The notes: generated from the sequence alone by a model not told the origin. Shown: positions 37,001 to 49,064, numbered from the stretch's first letter. The stretch: 64,000 nucleotides of DNA from Camelus ferus (GCF_009834535.1 NC_045697.1:32614001-32678000), one strand, 5' to 3'. Translations and numbers: made by a program.

Positions 37001-39870
37001 TGTAAATGGAACTGTTTTCTTAGTTTCTCTTTCTGTTAGTTCATCATTAGTGTAAAGAATCATCACAAGCTTCTGTCAACTGATTTTGTATCTTGCAACT
37101 TTACTGAATTCATTTATTAATTTAAAAGGTTTGCAGTGGAGTCTTTAGGGTTTTCTATATATAGTATTATATCATCTGCAAATAGTGATGATATTACTTC
37201 TTCCTTTTCAGTTTGGATACTTTCATTTCTTCTTCTTGTCTTATTGCCATGGTAGGACTTCCAAAACTATGTTGAATAAAAGTGGTGGACGTGAACATCC
37301 TTGTCTTGTTCCTGATCTTAGAGGGAATGCTTTCATCTTTTCACTGCTGAGTATGATGTTAGTTGTGGGTATGTCATATATGGCTTTTATTATGTTGAGG
37401 TATGTTCCCTCTACGTCTACTTTCTGGACTTTCTGGATAGTGTTTTTTTAACCATAAATAGATGTTGAATTTTATCAAATTTTTTTTTTTGCATCGACTA
37501 AGATATCACATGGTTTTTATTATTCAGTTGGTTAATGTGGTGTATCACATTGATACATTTGCAGACATTGAAAAGTCCTTGCATCCTCGGGGTAAACACC
37601 ACTTGATCATGGTGTATGATCCTTTTAATGTAGTGCTGGATTTGGCTTGCTGGTATGCTGTTGAGGATTTTTGCATCTATGTTCATCAGTGATATTGGAC
37701 TGTAATTTTCTTCTTATGTGATGTCTTTGTCTAGTGTTGGTATCAGGGTAATGGCAGCTTCCTAGAATGAGTTTGGAAGTGTTCCTTCCTCTACAATTTT
37801 TGGAAGATGTTTGGAAGATGGCTTCAGGAAGATGTTAACTCTTCTTTAAAATGTTTGGTAGAATTGACCTGTGAAGCTGTCTGGTCCTGGACTTTTCTTG
37901 GTTGAGAGTACTTTTATTACTGATTCAATTTAATTACTGGTAATTGGTCTGTTTATATTTTCTATTTCTTCCTGATTCAGTCTTGGAGGAGTGTATGTTT
38001 CTAGGAATTTACTCATTTTTTCCTAGGTTGTCCATTTTATGGCCATATAAATGTTCATAGTAATCTCTTATGATCCTCTGTATTTCTGTGGCATCAGCTG
38101 TAACTTCTCTTTCAATTTGATTTTATATTATTTTCCGTTTTTTCTTCATACGTTTGGCTAAAGGTTTATCTATTTTGTTTCTCTTTTCAAAGGACCAGCT
38201 CCTGGTTTCAATGATCTGTTTCTCTGTTTTATTTATCTGTGCTCTGACCTTTATCTCTTTCCTTTACTAACTTTATTTGAGATTTTTTTGTTTGTTTCAT
38301 GAGGCGTAGGCATGCACGAAAGCTATAAACTTCCTTATTAGAACTGATTTTGCTACATCCCATAGATTTCAGATCACTGTGTTTCTATTTTAATTAGTCT
38401 CTGGGTGTTTTTCAGTTCCCCCCTTGATTTCTTCAGTGACCCATTGGTTACTAAGTAGAATATTTTTTTAGCCTCTACATGTTTATGTCTTTTGCAGTGT
38501 TTATCTTGTAGTTGATTTCTAGTCTTATACCACTGTGGTCGGAAAAGTTGCTTAATATGATTTCAATCTTTTTAAACTTACTGAGACTTGTTTTGTGATG
38601 CAGCATGTGATCTATCCTGGAGAATATTCCATGTGCACTTGAAAAATGTGTATTTTGCTTTTTTTGAATAGATTTTATATATATATAAAATGTTTTAATG
38701 TGTCATTTGACACCAGTGTTTCCTTATTGATTTTCTCTCTGGATGATCTGTCCATTGATGTAAGTGGGATGTTAAATTCCCTACTAATATTGTGATAGTG
38801 TGAATTTCTCTCTTTTTATTTGTTAGTATTTGCTGTATGTATTTAGATACTCCCATTTTGGGATATATCTTCTTTCTTGTTAAACTGATTCCTTGATGGT
38901 TATGTAATATCTTTCTTTGCTTTTATTATACAGTCTTTGTTTTAAAGCCTATTTTGTCAGTTATAAGTATTGCTACTCCAGATTACTATTTGTATCTACT
39001 TGCATGAAATATGTTTTTACATCCACTCACATTCAGTCTGCGTGGTTTTTTTACATTTTTTAATTTAGTGATAGTCATTTTACAATGTTGTGTCAAATTC
39101 TAGTGTAGAGCACAATTTTTCAGTTATACATGAACATATATATATTCATTGTCACATTTTTTTTTACCGCTATGAGCTACCACAAGATCTAGTATATACT
39201 TCTCTGTGCTATACAGTATAATCTTGTTTATCTATTCTGCATTTTAAAATCCCAGTCTGTCCCTTCCCACCCCCCGCCCTCTTGGCAACCACAAGATTGT
39301 ATTCTATGTCTATGAGTCTGTTTCTGTTTTGTATCTTAGTTTTTTGTTTGTTTGTTTTTTAGATTCCTCATATGAGTGATCTCATATGGTATTTTTCTTT
39401 CTCCTTCTGGATTACTTCACTTAGAATGACATTCTCCAGGAACATCCATGTTGCTGCAAATGGCTTTATGTTGTCGGTTTTTATGGCTGAATAGTATTCC
39501 ATCATATAAATATACCATATCTTCTTTACTCAGTCATCTGTTGATGGACATTTAGGCTGTTTCCATGCCGAGGCTACTGTAAATAGTGCTGGTATGAACA
39601 TTGGGGTGCAGGTGTCATTTGGAAGTAGGGTTCCTTCTGGATATATGCCCAGGAGCGGGATTCCTGGGTCCTATGGTAAGTCTATTCTTAGTCTTTTGAG
39701 GAAACCCCATACTGTTTTCCACAGTGGCTTTCCTTGCTTCCCTCTCCCACTCTTAATGATATAGATGTCTTCTTTTACAATTTTGTGTTTATTCTTTTTG
39801 TAATTCATAGCAGTTATCTCCTTTCCAGTTATGAGTTTCTCATTTTTGTAGCATCCTGCTTCTTTTCTAT

Positions 39871-40757
39871 TTAGAGTAGGCCTGTCAATATTTCTTTTAG
39901 CATGGGTTTAGTGTTGCTAAACTCTTTTAGTTTTTGCTTGTCTGTGAAGTTCTTTATCTCTCCTTCTATTCTAAAGGATAGCCTTGCTGGATAGAGTATC
40001 CTAGGCTGTATCTTTTTTTCATTCAGGACTTTGAATATATTTTGCCACTCCCTTCTGGCCTGTAGTGTTTGTGTAGAGAAATCAGCTGAGAGTGTTATGG
40101 GGGTTCCCTTGTAACTCACTCTTTGTTTTTCTCTTGCTGCCTTTAAGATCATTTCTTTATCCTTGACTCTGGCCATCTTGATTAGATATGTCTTGCTGTG
40201 GGTCTGTTTGGGTTCTTGCTGTTTGGGATCCTCCGAGCCTCCTGTACTTGGATATCTTTAGGTTTGGGAAGTTTTCAGTCATGATTTCTTCAAATACCTT
40301 TTCAATCCCCTTTGTTCTTTCTTCCCCTTCTGGAACCCCTATTATGTGTAAATTGGCATGCTTTATATTATCCCATAGGTTCCTTATATTGTTTTCATTT
40401 TTTTTTTTTATTTGTTTTTCTCTCAGCCGTTCTGATTGGGTGCTTTCTGTTGTCCTGTCTTCTAGGTCACTTATTCGTTCCTCTGCATTATCTAGCCTGC
40501 TTTGTACAGCCTTTAGGTCAGCTCTCATCTCAGCAAATGAGTTTACTAATTCTACTTGGTTCTTTATAGCTTCTATTTCGTTTTTGACATATTTTATATC
40601 TCTAAACACTATTTCTTTTAGTTCCTTCAGTATTTTGATCATTCCTTTTTTGAAATCTTGATCTACTAGGCCATCATTGTCTATTTCCTTGATCATTCTT
40701 TCAGGGGTTTTCTATTGTTCTTTTAATTGGGAGTGGTTTCTCTGCTATATTGCTCAT
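39871..40757 (-). pseudogene. L1 ORF1p (RNA-binding chaperone), disrupted
   Basis: ORFs 40157..40696 (SRLDNAEERISDLED...LWDNIKHANLHIIGVPEGEE...ENFPNL) and 39871..40176 (ILKAAREK...LSADFS...ARREW...YPARLS); frameshifts near 40256 and 40183; probable original ATG at 40757 followed by an indel and a stop. Confidence 0.93.
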
Positions 40758-40759
40758 AT

Positions 40760-42097
40760 CTCTCTGGCACTGTGGCTTAAGGAATATTAGTTATCTAGTT
40801 CTCCTGGAGACGATACGCTCTTAATGATTTTATTGAGAGGTCTTTGTGTCTTTGCCCTGTTTCGTGAACTCAGCTTGCTGTTTCCAGAGGCCCTCTGTTG
40901 GCGCCCTCATCTGTGATGCTCCCAGTGGCTGTAGCCTAGCGGACTGCACCCCCTCCCAACACTGGGTCAGGTGCTGAGCTCTTACCTGGTGGGTGGGCGG
41001 CCTGGTGACTCCCCCTCCCAATGCTGCAGTCAGATGCTGTGCTCAGGCGAGGCAGGTGGGCGGATCACGCCCCCTCCTAGCACTGTGGTCAGGTGCTGTG
41101 TTCCTGCCAGGAAAGCGGGTTGCCGCCAGCCCTCTCCTGGTGCCAGAAGCTCCGCTGCTCTGTGCAGCTGCCTGCTCCTCCTCGGGTAGGTGCTCTGAAG
41201 GCGGACTTGGGGAAGACTGCAGAACGGCCCCGCCCCTGCTCTGTGCCAAATCCCAGCTCCTTGTTTGTCTTGGCAGTGTAAGGTCTCTGAGGTGCCAGGG
41301 CAGAAAGATCCTAAATGCCTCATACTGTAAACAAGTCTCAGTCCTGCCTAGGAGGTTGCAGAGCCCCTGGGTGCAGATTTAGGTCTCGGCCTCACCCCCG
41401 TCCGGGTGCTGTGCACAGAAGGAGATGGCGGCTGTGTCTGCGCCCTGCCTCTCTTCTCACAAGAAGTGCTAGTAATGGCAGCACAGGTCTCAGGAGACAA
41501 AGGCTATGGCGCCCCTCCCCCCAGGGCACACCAGCCGTGTTGCTTCCCTTTTTATGCAATTTTTGGGGGACCGAGGTTGTTCTGCTCTGTAATCCCCTCC
41601 CGGCCATGGTGCTCAGCCCCCTGAAGTCCTCCAGGGCTGCTCAGTGCAGCTGCTCCAGTCCGCCCGGCTTGGGCAGCCTGTCCTGGCCCCAGCTGCTGGC
41701 TCGCGTCTCGGGCTTGGTGTTGCAGGGACCCTTTGTGCCCATTTAACTCAGTTCTGTCGGTAAAAGGGTGCTCAGGGCAGATCTGAGCCTCGGAGGCTAC
41801 CCCTCCGTCCCGCTGGCCTCTCCGTTGGAGGGGGAGACCCAGCGAACAAGCGCCAGTCCTCCTTTGCCGCTCCCTCCATGCAGGATCGGTCCCGCACTGT
41901 TTTGCTTTTTCTTCTTTCTTTTTTCCTTTTCTCCTACCAGATTTTTGGCGTCTTTGTCTTTCGAAGAGGGCGATGTTCTGTTGGAGTTCGGCAGGTGCTC
42001 TGATTGGCTGAGTAGGTCCGTAGATGTGAGTTTTGGTGTATTTGTGGCAGAGGGTGAGCTACAAATGTCCTTCTACTCCGCCATCTTGCTTTGTTGT
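40760..42097 (-). promoter_or_regulatory. L1 5' UTR internal promoter, CpG-rich, with YY1 motif
   Basis: The only extended GC/CpG-rich segment of the window; CAAGATGGCG on the minus strand at 42079-42088, the usual L1 start-proximal YY1 site. Confidence 0.8.
40949..41150. repeat. ~60-bp imperfect tandem repeat (3-4 units) in the L1 5' UTR
   Basis: Unit CCCCTCC.A.CACTG.GGTCAGGTGCTG.GCTC begins near 40949, 41012 and 41071, with a weaker copy near 41130. Confidence 0.75.
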
Positions 42098-44464
42098 ATT
42101 CAGTCTGCATGTGTTTTCAGATCTGAAGAGAGTCTCTTGCAGGCAGCATGTATATGGGTAATTATTGATAAATATATACTTGTCGCCATTTTCTTGAATT
42201 TTTTTCAGGTTGTTTTTGTAGTTATTTTTTGATCCTTTTTATTTCGCTCTCTTCCTTTGTGATTTGACACATATCTTTAGTGCTATGTTTGGATTTTTTT
42301 CTGATTTTTATGTATATTTATTATAGATTTTTGGTTTGTAGTTACCATGAGGTTATATATAACTATATATATATCTATACTTATATTTTTATGTATAATT
42401 ATATATAGTTTTACATATATATTATTTTAAATTCATGATCTCAAGTTTGAACACATTTTAACCAATCTGCATTTTCCCCTGACACACTTGTAATTTATTA
42501 CATATCTTTGTTTTGTTTATCTCTTAACTACCTATTGTTGTTATAAATGATCTACTACTTTTGTCTTTCAAACTTTCTACTAGCTTTATAAGTGGTTAAT
42601 CTTCTATGTTTACTGTATTTTTTACTTTACCAATGAGATTTATCCTTTCTTAATTTTTATATTTCTAGTTGTGGTAATTTTCTTTCCCTACTTAAAGAAG
42701 TCCCTTTAACAATTCTTACTTAGCCAGTTTAGTGGTGCTGAACTCTTTAAGCTTTTGATTTTCTTTAAATTTTTTCCCTCTTCTTCAACTCTGAAGTACA
42801 GTCTTTCCAGGTAGAGTATGCTTGGTTGTAAGATTTTTCTTTTCACTTTAACTATATCATGCCACTCCCTCTGGCCTAAACATTTTGCTGAAAAGTCACT
42901 GACAGTCTTATGGGAGTTTCTTTGTTTTAACTAGTGTCTTTTTCTTTGCTGTTTTTAAGATTCTCTCTTTATATTTAAATTGTGCCATCTTAATTACAAT
43001 GTGTCTTGGAGTAGACCTCTTTTTGTTGATTTTATTTAGGACTCTCTGTGACTCCTGGATCTGGATGCCTGTTTCCTTTACTAGGTTGCAGGAGAAAGCT
43101 TAGCTAGTATCTCTTTGCGTAAGTTTTCTGCTCCTTTCCCTAACTCATCTCCTTCTGGGACCCCTATAATGCAAATGTAAGTATGCTTGTTATTGTCCTA
43201 GAGGTCTCTTAAACTATCCTCAGTTTAAAAATTATTTTTTTCTTTTTTCTGTTCAGTTTGGGTGATTTCCATTACTCTAGCTTCAAATTCACTGTTCCAT
43301 TCCTATCATTTAATCTACTGTTGATTCCTTCTAGTGTATTTTTATTTCAGTTATATTCTTCTGCTGTGTTTGATTCTTCTTTATACTTCCTATTTCTTAG
43401 TTAAATTGCTCACTCTGTTCATCCATTTTTTGCCTAAGTTCAGTGAGCAATTTTATGTTCATTACTTTGAACCCCTTTTGAGTAGACTGCTTATCTCTCT
43501 TTTGCTTAGTTCCTCTGGGGTTTTATCTTGTTCCCTCATTTGGGATATACATCTCTGTCACCCAATCTTGCCTAATACTCTGTTTTTGTTTCTATGTATT
43601 AGGTAAATCAGTTATGTTTCCTGATCTTCCTAATAGGGCCCAGCAGCACATTTTCCTCTGGTCACCAGAGCTATATGCTCTACGAGTGCCTCTATGTGGG
43701 CTGGGGCCAAATCAGTCCTTTTCTTGTAGCAGGGCCAAGAACTATGGGTGTGCTAACAGGTAGGGCTAGCCTTTCACCTGTTTGGCTGCCACACCCTGCC
43801 TTTTTCAGGGGCTGCCATCCCACTGGTTTTGTTATTTCTCAAAATTGCTTCCATTTCTCTAGATCTTTAACTTGCAATATAAGGTTTGCAATCAGAATAT
43901 CAATACCCTAATAAAGATTTCTGGAATTTGATCTGAATTGTGTTAAATGTACATATCAATTGGGGAAATACTTTTTTTGAAACTATATCATCTTCCAATA
44001 TAGGATCATGGTATGTCTCCTAATTTATTTAGGTCCACTTTGGTATTTTTCATTAGCATATGATAGGTTTTACAGATACTGTGTAGAAGATTTTACTCCT
44101 TTCTTTCCAATGACTAGACTTTTATTTTTCTCACAAGAAATTCCATTATAATATTGAATAGGATAGATGAGAGTAGACACCCTTGCCTTGCTCCCAATTT
44201 TAGGGAGAAAGCATTCATTCTTTCACCATTAACTACATTGTTTGCTTTTGTTTGTTTTTGTAGAGCCACTTTATTAGCCTTCTGTGAGTTTTTATCATGA
44301 ATGAATGTTAGATTTTATCAAAGGCTTTTTCAGTATCCATTGATATGATAATGTACTATTTCTTCTTTAGTTTGGTAAATGATGGAAAATATTAAATAAT
44401 ATGATGGACTAAATTTTGAATGTCAAGCCAACCTTGGATTTCTGAATAAACCTCATTTAATCTT

Positions 44465-45760
44465 TTTATTTTTTAAATAGTGGTAATAACACTTAACATG
44501 AGATCTGCCATTTTAACAAAATTTTAAGTGTACAAAATAGTATTGTTAACTATAGGCATTATATTGTAGAGCAGATCTCTAGAACTTATTCATTTTGTAT
44601 ACCTGAAACTTTGTACATGTTGACCTACAATTCCTCATTTCTTCCTTTTCCCAGTCCTAGCCACTATTCTATTCTGTTTCTATGAGTATGAATATTTTAG
44701 ATATCTCAGAGAAGTGGACTCATGCAATAACTGCTCTTCTGTTACTGAGTTCCTGTAATCTCCTCCAAAGTTACCCATGTATATGCATATAGCAGGATTT
44801 CCTTCTCTTTTAAGGCTAAATAATATTCTATGGTATGCATATATAATATTTTCTTCATCTATTCATCTGTCAGTGGACATTTAAGTTCTTTCTATACCTT
44901 GGCAATAGTGAATATTGCTGCAATGAACATGAGTACAAATATCTCTCTGAGATCCTCATTTCAATTGTTTAGAATTTATACCCAGAAGAAGGATTGCTAG
45001 ATCTTATATTAATTTTATTTTTAATTTTCCAAGGAACCTACATAATGTTTTCCATAGAAGCTGTACCATTTTACATGTCCTGGTATAGAGACAGACATAT
45101 AGAGAAATAAAATAGAATACAAGATTCAGAAATAAACTGACACATATCCCTGATCTATGTCAAAGGAGCCAAGAATAAATAATTGGGAAAGGATACAATG
45201 TTCAACAAATGATAGTGAGAAAACTGGATATCCACGTGCAAAAGAATGAAAGTGGACCAACTCTTACCTTCAACCATACACAAAATTTAACTCAAAATGG
45301 ATTAATTATTTAAACATTAGAATTTAAATTACAAAACTGGATGAAAACATATGGGAAAACCTTCCTTATATTCATCTTGGCAAGGATTTTTTAGTTATGA
45401 CACAAAAAAGCATAGATTAAAAAAAAAGAAGAAAAGTTATACAAGTACGACTACATCAAACTACAAAAATCTCCTGCACAGTAAAAGAAACAATCAACAG
45501 AGCAAAAAGATAACCTATGGAATGGGAGAATATAGTCATAAACCCTATATCTGATAAGGAGTTAACATACAAAGAATATAAGAAACACCTACAACTAAAT
45601 AGCAAAAAAAAAAAAAAAAAAAAAAGCCAATTAAGTAAACCAATTCAAAAATGAGCATAGGACCTGAACAGACATTTATTCAAACAAGACAAACCAATGA
45701 TCAACAAGTATATGAAAAAGTGCTTAACATCAGTAATCACAAGGAAAATGCAAATCAAAA
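44465..45760 (-). mobile_element. 5'-inverted L1 (L1MA9/10-like): 3' segment 44465-45079 on minus, inverted ORF2 segment 45081-45760 on plus
   Basis: Orientation switch at ~45080; imperfect TSD TCATTTAATCTT 44453-44464 / TCACTTAGTCTT 45761-45772. Confidence 0.8.
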
Positions 45761-46050
45761 TCACTTAGTCTTGATTTACTATTCTTTTTATGTATTTTTG
45801 GATTGATCTGCAAATATTTTATTGAAGATATTTGGATCTATGTCCAAAAAGTATATTGGCCTTTTCTTGTGATGTTTTTGCTTCAGGTTTTAAAATAATG
45901 TTCCCTCCTCTTTTATTTCCTTGCAGAGATTATATTATATTGGTGTTATTTCTTCTTTTAATGCTTGGTAGAATTTACTAGCAAAAAGTATCTGAGTCTT
46001 AAGTTTTATCTCTTGGAAGGTATTAAAACATAGATTAATTTTTTATAAAG

Positions 46051-47357
46051 TGGAATAAAGACAGTCTCTTCAGCAAATGGTTTTGGGAAAACTGGACAGC
46101 AGCATGTAGAGCAATGAAGCTAGAACACTCCCTTACACCATACACAAAAATAAACTCAAAATGGATCAAAGACTTAAACATAAGACAAGATACAATAAGC
46201 CTCCTAGAAAAAAATACAGGCAAAACATTATCTGACATACATCTCAAAAATTTTCTCCTAGAAGAAATAAAAGCAAGAATAAACAAATGGGACCTAATGA
46301 AACTTACAAGCTTCGGCACAGCAAAGGAAACCATAAGTAAAACAAAAAGACAACCTACGGAATGGGAGAAAATCTTTGCAAATGAAACCAACAAAGGCTT
46401 GATCTGTAGAATATATAAGCAGCTCATACGACTTAATAAGATACTACCAAACAACCCAATCCAAAGATGGGCAAAAGACTTGAACAAGCAATTCTCTAAG
46501 GAAGACATACAAATGATCAATAAGCACATGAAAAAATGCTCAATATCACTAATTATCAGAGAAATGCAAATCAAAACTATGATGAGGTATCAACTCACAA
46601 CAGCCAGAATGGCCATCATTCCAAAGTCCACAAATGACAAATGCTGGAGATGCTGTGGAGAAAAGGGAACCCTCCTACACTGCTGGTGGAATGCAGTTTG
46701 GTGCAGCCACTGTGGAAAACAGTATGGAGATTCCTCAAAAGACTAGGAACAGACTTACTGTATGACCCAGGAATCCCGTTTCTGGGCATATATCCAGAAG
46801 GAACCCTACTTCAGGATGACACCTGCACTATTTACAATAGCTAAGACATGGAAACAGCCTAAATGTCCATCAACAGATGACTGGATAAAGAAGCAGTGGT
46901 ATGTTTATACAATTAAATACTATTCAGCCATAAAAATTGACAACATAATGCCATTTGCAGCAGCATGGATGCTCCTGGAGAATGTCATTCTAAGTGAAGT
47001 AAGCCAGAAAGAGAAAGAAAAATACTGTATGAGGTCGCTCATATGTGGAATTTAAAAAAACAAAAACAAAAAAACAAAGCATAAATACAAAACAGAAACA
47101 GACTCATAGACATAGAATACAAACTTGTGGTTGCCAAGGGGGTGGAGGGTGGGAAGGGATTTTAAAATTGTAGAATAGATAAACAAGATTATATTGTAAA
47201 GCACAGGGAAATATACACAAGATCTTATGGTAGCTCACAGAGAAAAAAATGTGACAATGAATATATATATGTTCATGTATAACTGAAAAATTGTGCTCTA
47301 CACTGGAATTTGACACAACATTGTAAAATGATTATAAATCAATAAAAAATGTTAAAA
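46051..47357 (+). mobile_element. Young 5'-truncated L1, same family as 18253-19950
   Basis: ORF 46114..46746 ([16 protein letters not shown]...[10 protein letters not shown]) and near-identical 3' UTR; TSD AGATTAATTTTT at 46032-46043 and 47358-47369. Confidence 0.97.
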
Positions 47358-48655
47358 AGATTAATTTTTAAAGCATTTATAGGAATATTCAGGATATGTG
47401 CTATTACTTGGTTGAGTTTTATTATGTAAGAATATCTTTCTCTAAGAAAGTTACATTTTACTGGATGAATAGTGAGAAGATATAGGCCCTTACCCAACAA
47501 GGTATAATAGGCTAAGAGAAGCACTGTCCAGCAAGCAGTAGCATCATGATCTTAGATATGCTCCATAATATAGCCAGACTCCAGAGAGGGAATGCATTTT
47601 GGATACTGAAAAGATTCCCTATAGGAGGAAGGATCCAGAAGAAGCTGGAAAAATTGTCTGGATCTTAAACATATGGTCCGTGGTTCAGAAAATATCTTTG
47701 GTTTTTGATTGTTACAAGAACTCATTGTTCAGTGAGGTGTTTGATATAAAAATCACACTCAGAGATTAAATCAATATGGGAGGGGAGAGAAGTGGCAACT
47801 GGGAACATATTTCATGTCTACAAGTTGCTGTAGGCACATTGGAAATGAGCCATGTTAGAAAATAGATCTGTATTTCACAACAAGCTTGACTTATTAAGTT
47901 CCTAATATACTTCCTCTTCTGCTCCAAGTTTTTTTTACAACCAGAGTGAGGCTGAGTTTATTCATAAAAGTCTTTAGGATTAGAGTTTGGCAGAGTGAGG
48001 GAAGGAATTATGGAATTAGAAATGGACAAAACACTTTCATCATTTATTTTAAAAAAATAATAAAACATGTTATATCAAGGAAGTCAGTCAACTAGGACAT
48101 TTTAAGAAGTTTAAACAATCAATTTTTTGTTAAGTAAGCATCTATTAAAATCACTATTATAATTAATAACACTATTGAGTTAAATACATTATCTTATTAT
48201 TCCCACAGTTTCACCAAGATACCCTTCTGAGTCAAGGGAAAAGCCTTGGTACCAAAATAAGGCAAGGCTTATGAGGAATATTTCTATTGAGGACACTTAG
48301 CAAAACATGCTAGTCTATGGTATGGGTATGAAATCTAGCAACTTAAGAAAGTCTGAGGTAGAGAACAAAGTAAGTAGTAATCCAAAGAAGTAACAAAGCT
48401 TAAAAACTGCAAACAAACCTCAAGAATACAATAGAAAAACAAGTAGATAGAGTGGGTTTCGAAAGGCTGATAAATGTCTATTCTGGAGTGATACGTTCAG
48501 GTTGGAAGACAGAAATAATGTATCACATAGTGGTTCAATAGAGAGCTATTAGAGGCACCATGATGTTTGGATAGTTTCGGTCAATTATAATAGAAAGAAT
48601 CAATAAAAGTAATAGGACATCTGGAAGCTCTTAAATCTTTGATGAATGGAAGCTG

Positions 48656-48970
48656 TGACAAAGATTCCTTGACCAAAATTCAGTCAGGCTTCACTGTGCC
48701 AGCTTTTGGACTAGACTTCATCCTTGGGCCTTATCTTTAGCATGCCTAGTCCAGAATTCTGCTAAGTCAGTTTAGCAAGAATCTCCATACTCTTGATATC
48801 TCCTCAAAGGAATATTCCATCCACAGACCCCTCTTTATTTTGCTCATTGACTGTAAATCACTGCTGACTTTACTGTATTTCACATTGAGCCCCATCTCTC
48901 TCCCCTATTGTAACAGTCTTGACACCTAAAACAATAGTCCTGAATAAAGTCCTTCTTATGATTTTAAAGT
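48656..48970 (+). mobile_element. ERV1-class solo LTR (MER31-like)
   Basis: Starts TGACAAAGATTCCTTGACCAAAATTCAGTCAGGCT; GAATTCTGCTAAGTCAGTTTAGCAAGAATC; AATAAAGTC near the end. Confidence 0.7.
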
Positions 48971-49064
48971 TGAACCAAATAGTCATGGTCTCTGCCCTTC
49001 TGCAGCAATTAAAAGAGGCTTTTGAATTTGTTTTCTCCAACACTTAGGAAAGAGATACTGGTAT

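Larger units (their letters stand above)
39045..42097 (-). mobile_element. Young L1-derived element: full 5' UTR, ORF1, last ~370 bp of ORF2, 3' UTR (HAL1-like), TSD-flanked
   Basis: TSD ATTCAGTCTGCGTG 39031-39044 / ATTCAGTCTGCATG 42098-42111; YY1-type start motif; ORF1 homology; abrupt junction at ~39729; T-tract at the left end. Confidence 0.92.
35170..43825 (-). mobile_element. Near-full-length older L1 (part of 5' UTR, ORF1, ORF2, 3' UTR), interrupted at 39045-42097
   Basis: Antisense ORF2 (ORF 37498..37686 MNIDAKILN...[13 protein letters not shown] 36423..36623), an ORF1-like region at 42.7-43.6 kb; ORF2 resumes at 42098 after the duplicated target site. Confidence 0.9.
34051..47400 (-). 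mobile_element. Oldest host L1 (L1MD/ME-like), surviving as pieces ~34051-35165, 43830-44464, 45761-46050 and 47358-47400
   Basis: The antisense 3' UTR/ORF2 sequence continues colinearly across the younger insertions. Confidence 0.7.

Noticed and set aside
40900..42090. CpG island of a host gene promoter
   Set aside because: Lies entirely within the TSD-bounded L1-derived element.
40830..42232. Many overlapping 60-150 aa ORFs as genes or an ORF0 analogue
   Set aside because: Expected in a GC-rich L1 5' UTR with few stop codons; most use non-ATG starts and show no recognisable homology.
46035..46574. Hydrophobic 179-aa ORF resembling a membrane protein
   Set aside because: Typical antisense shadow of A-rich L1 ORF2.
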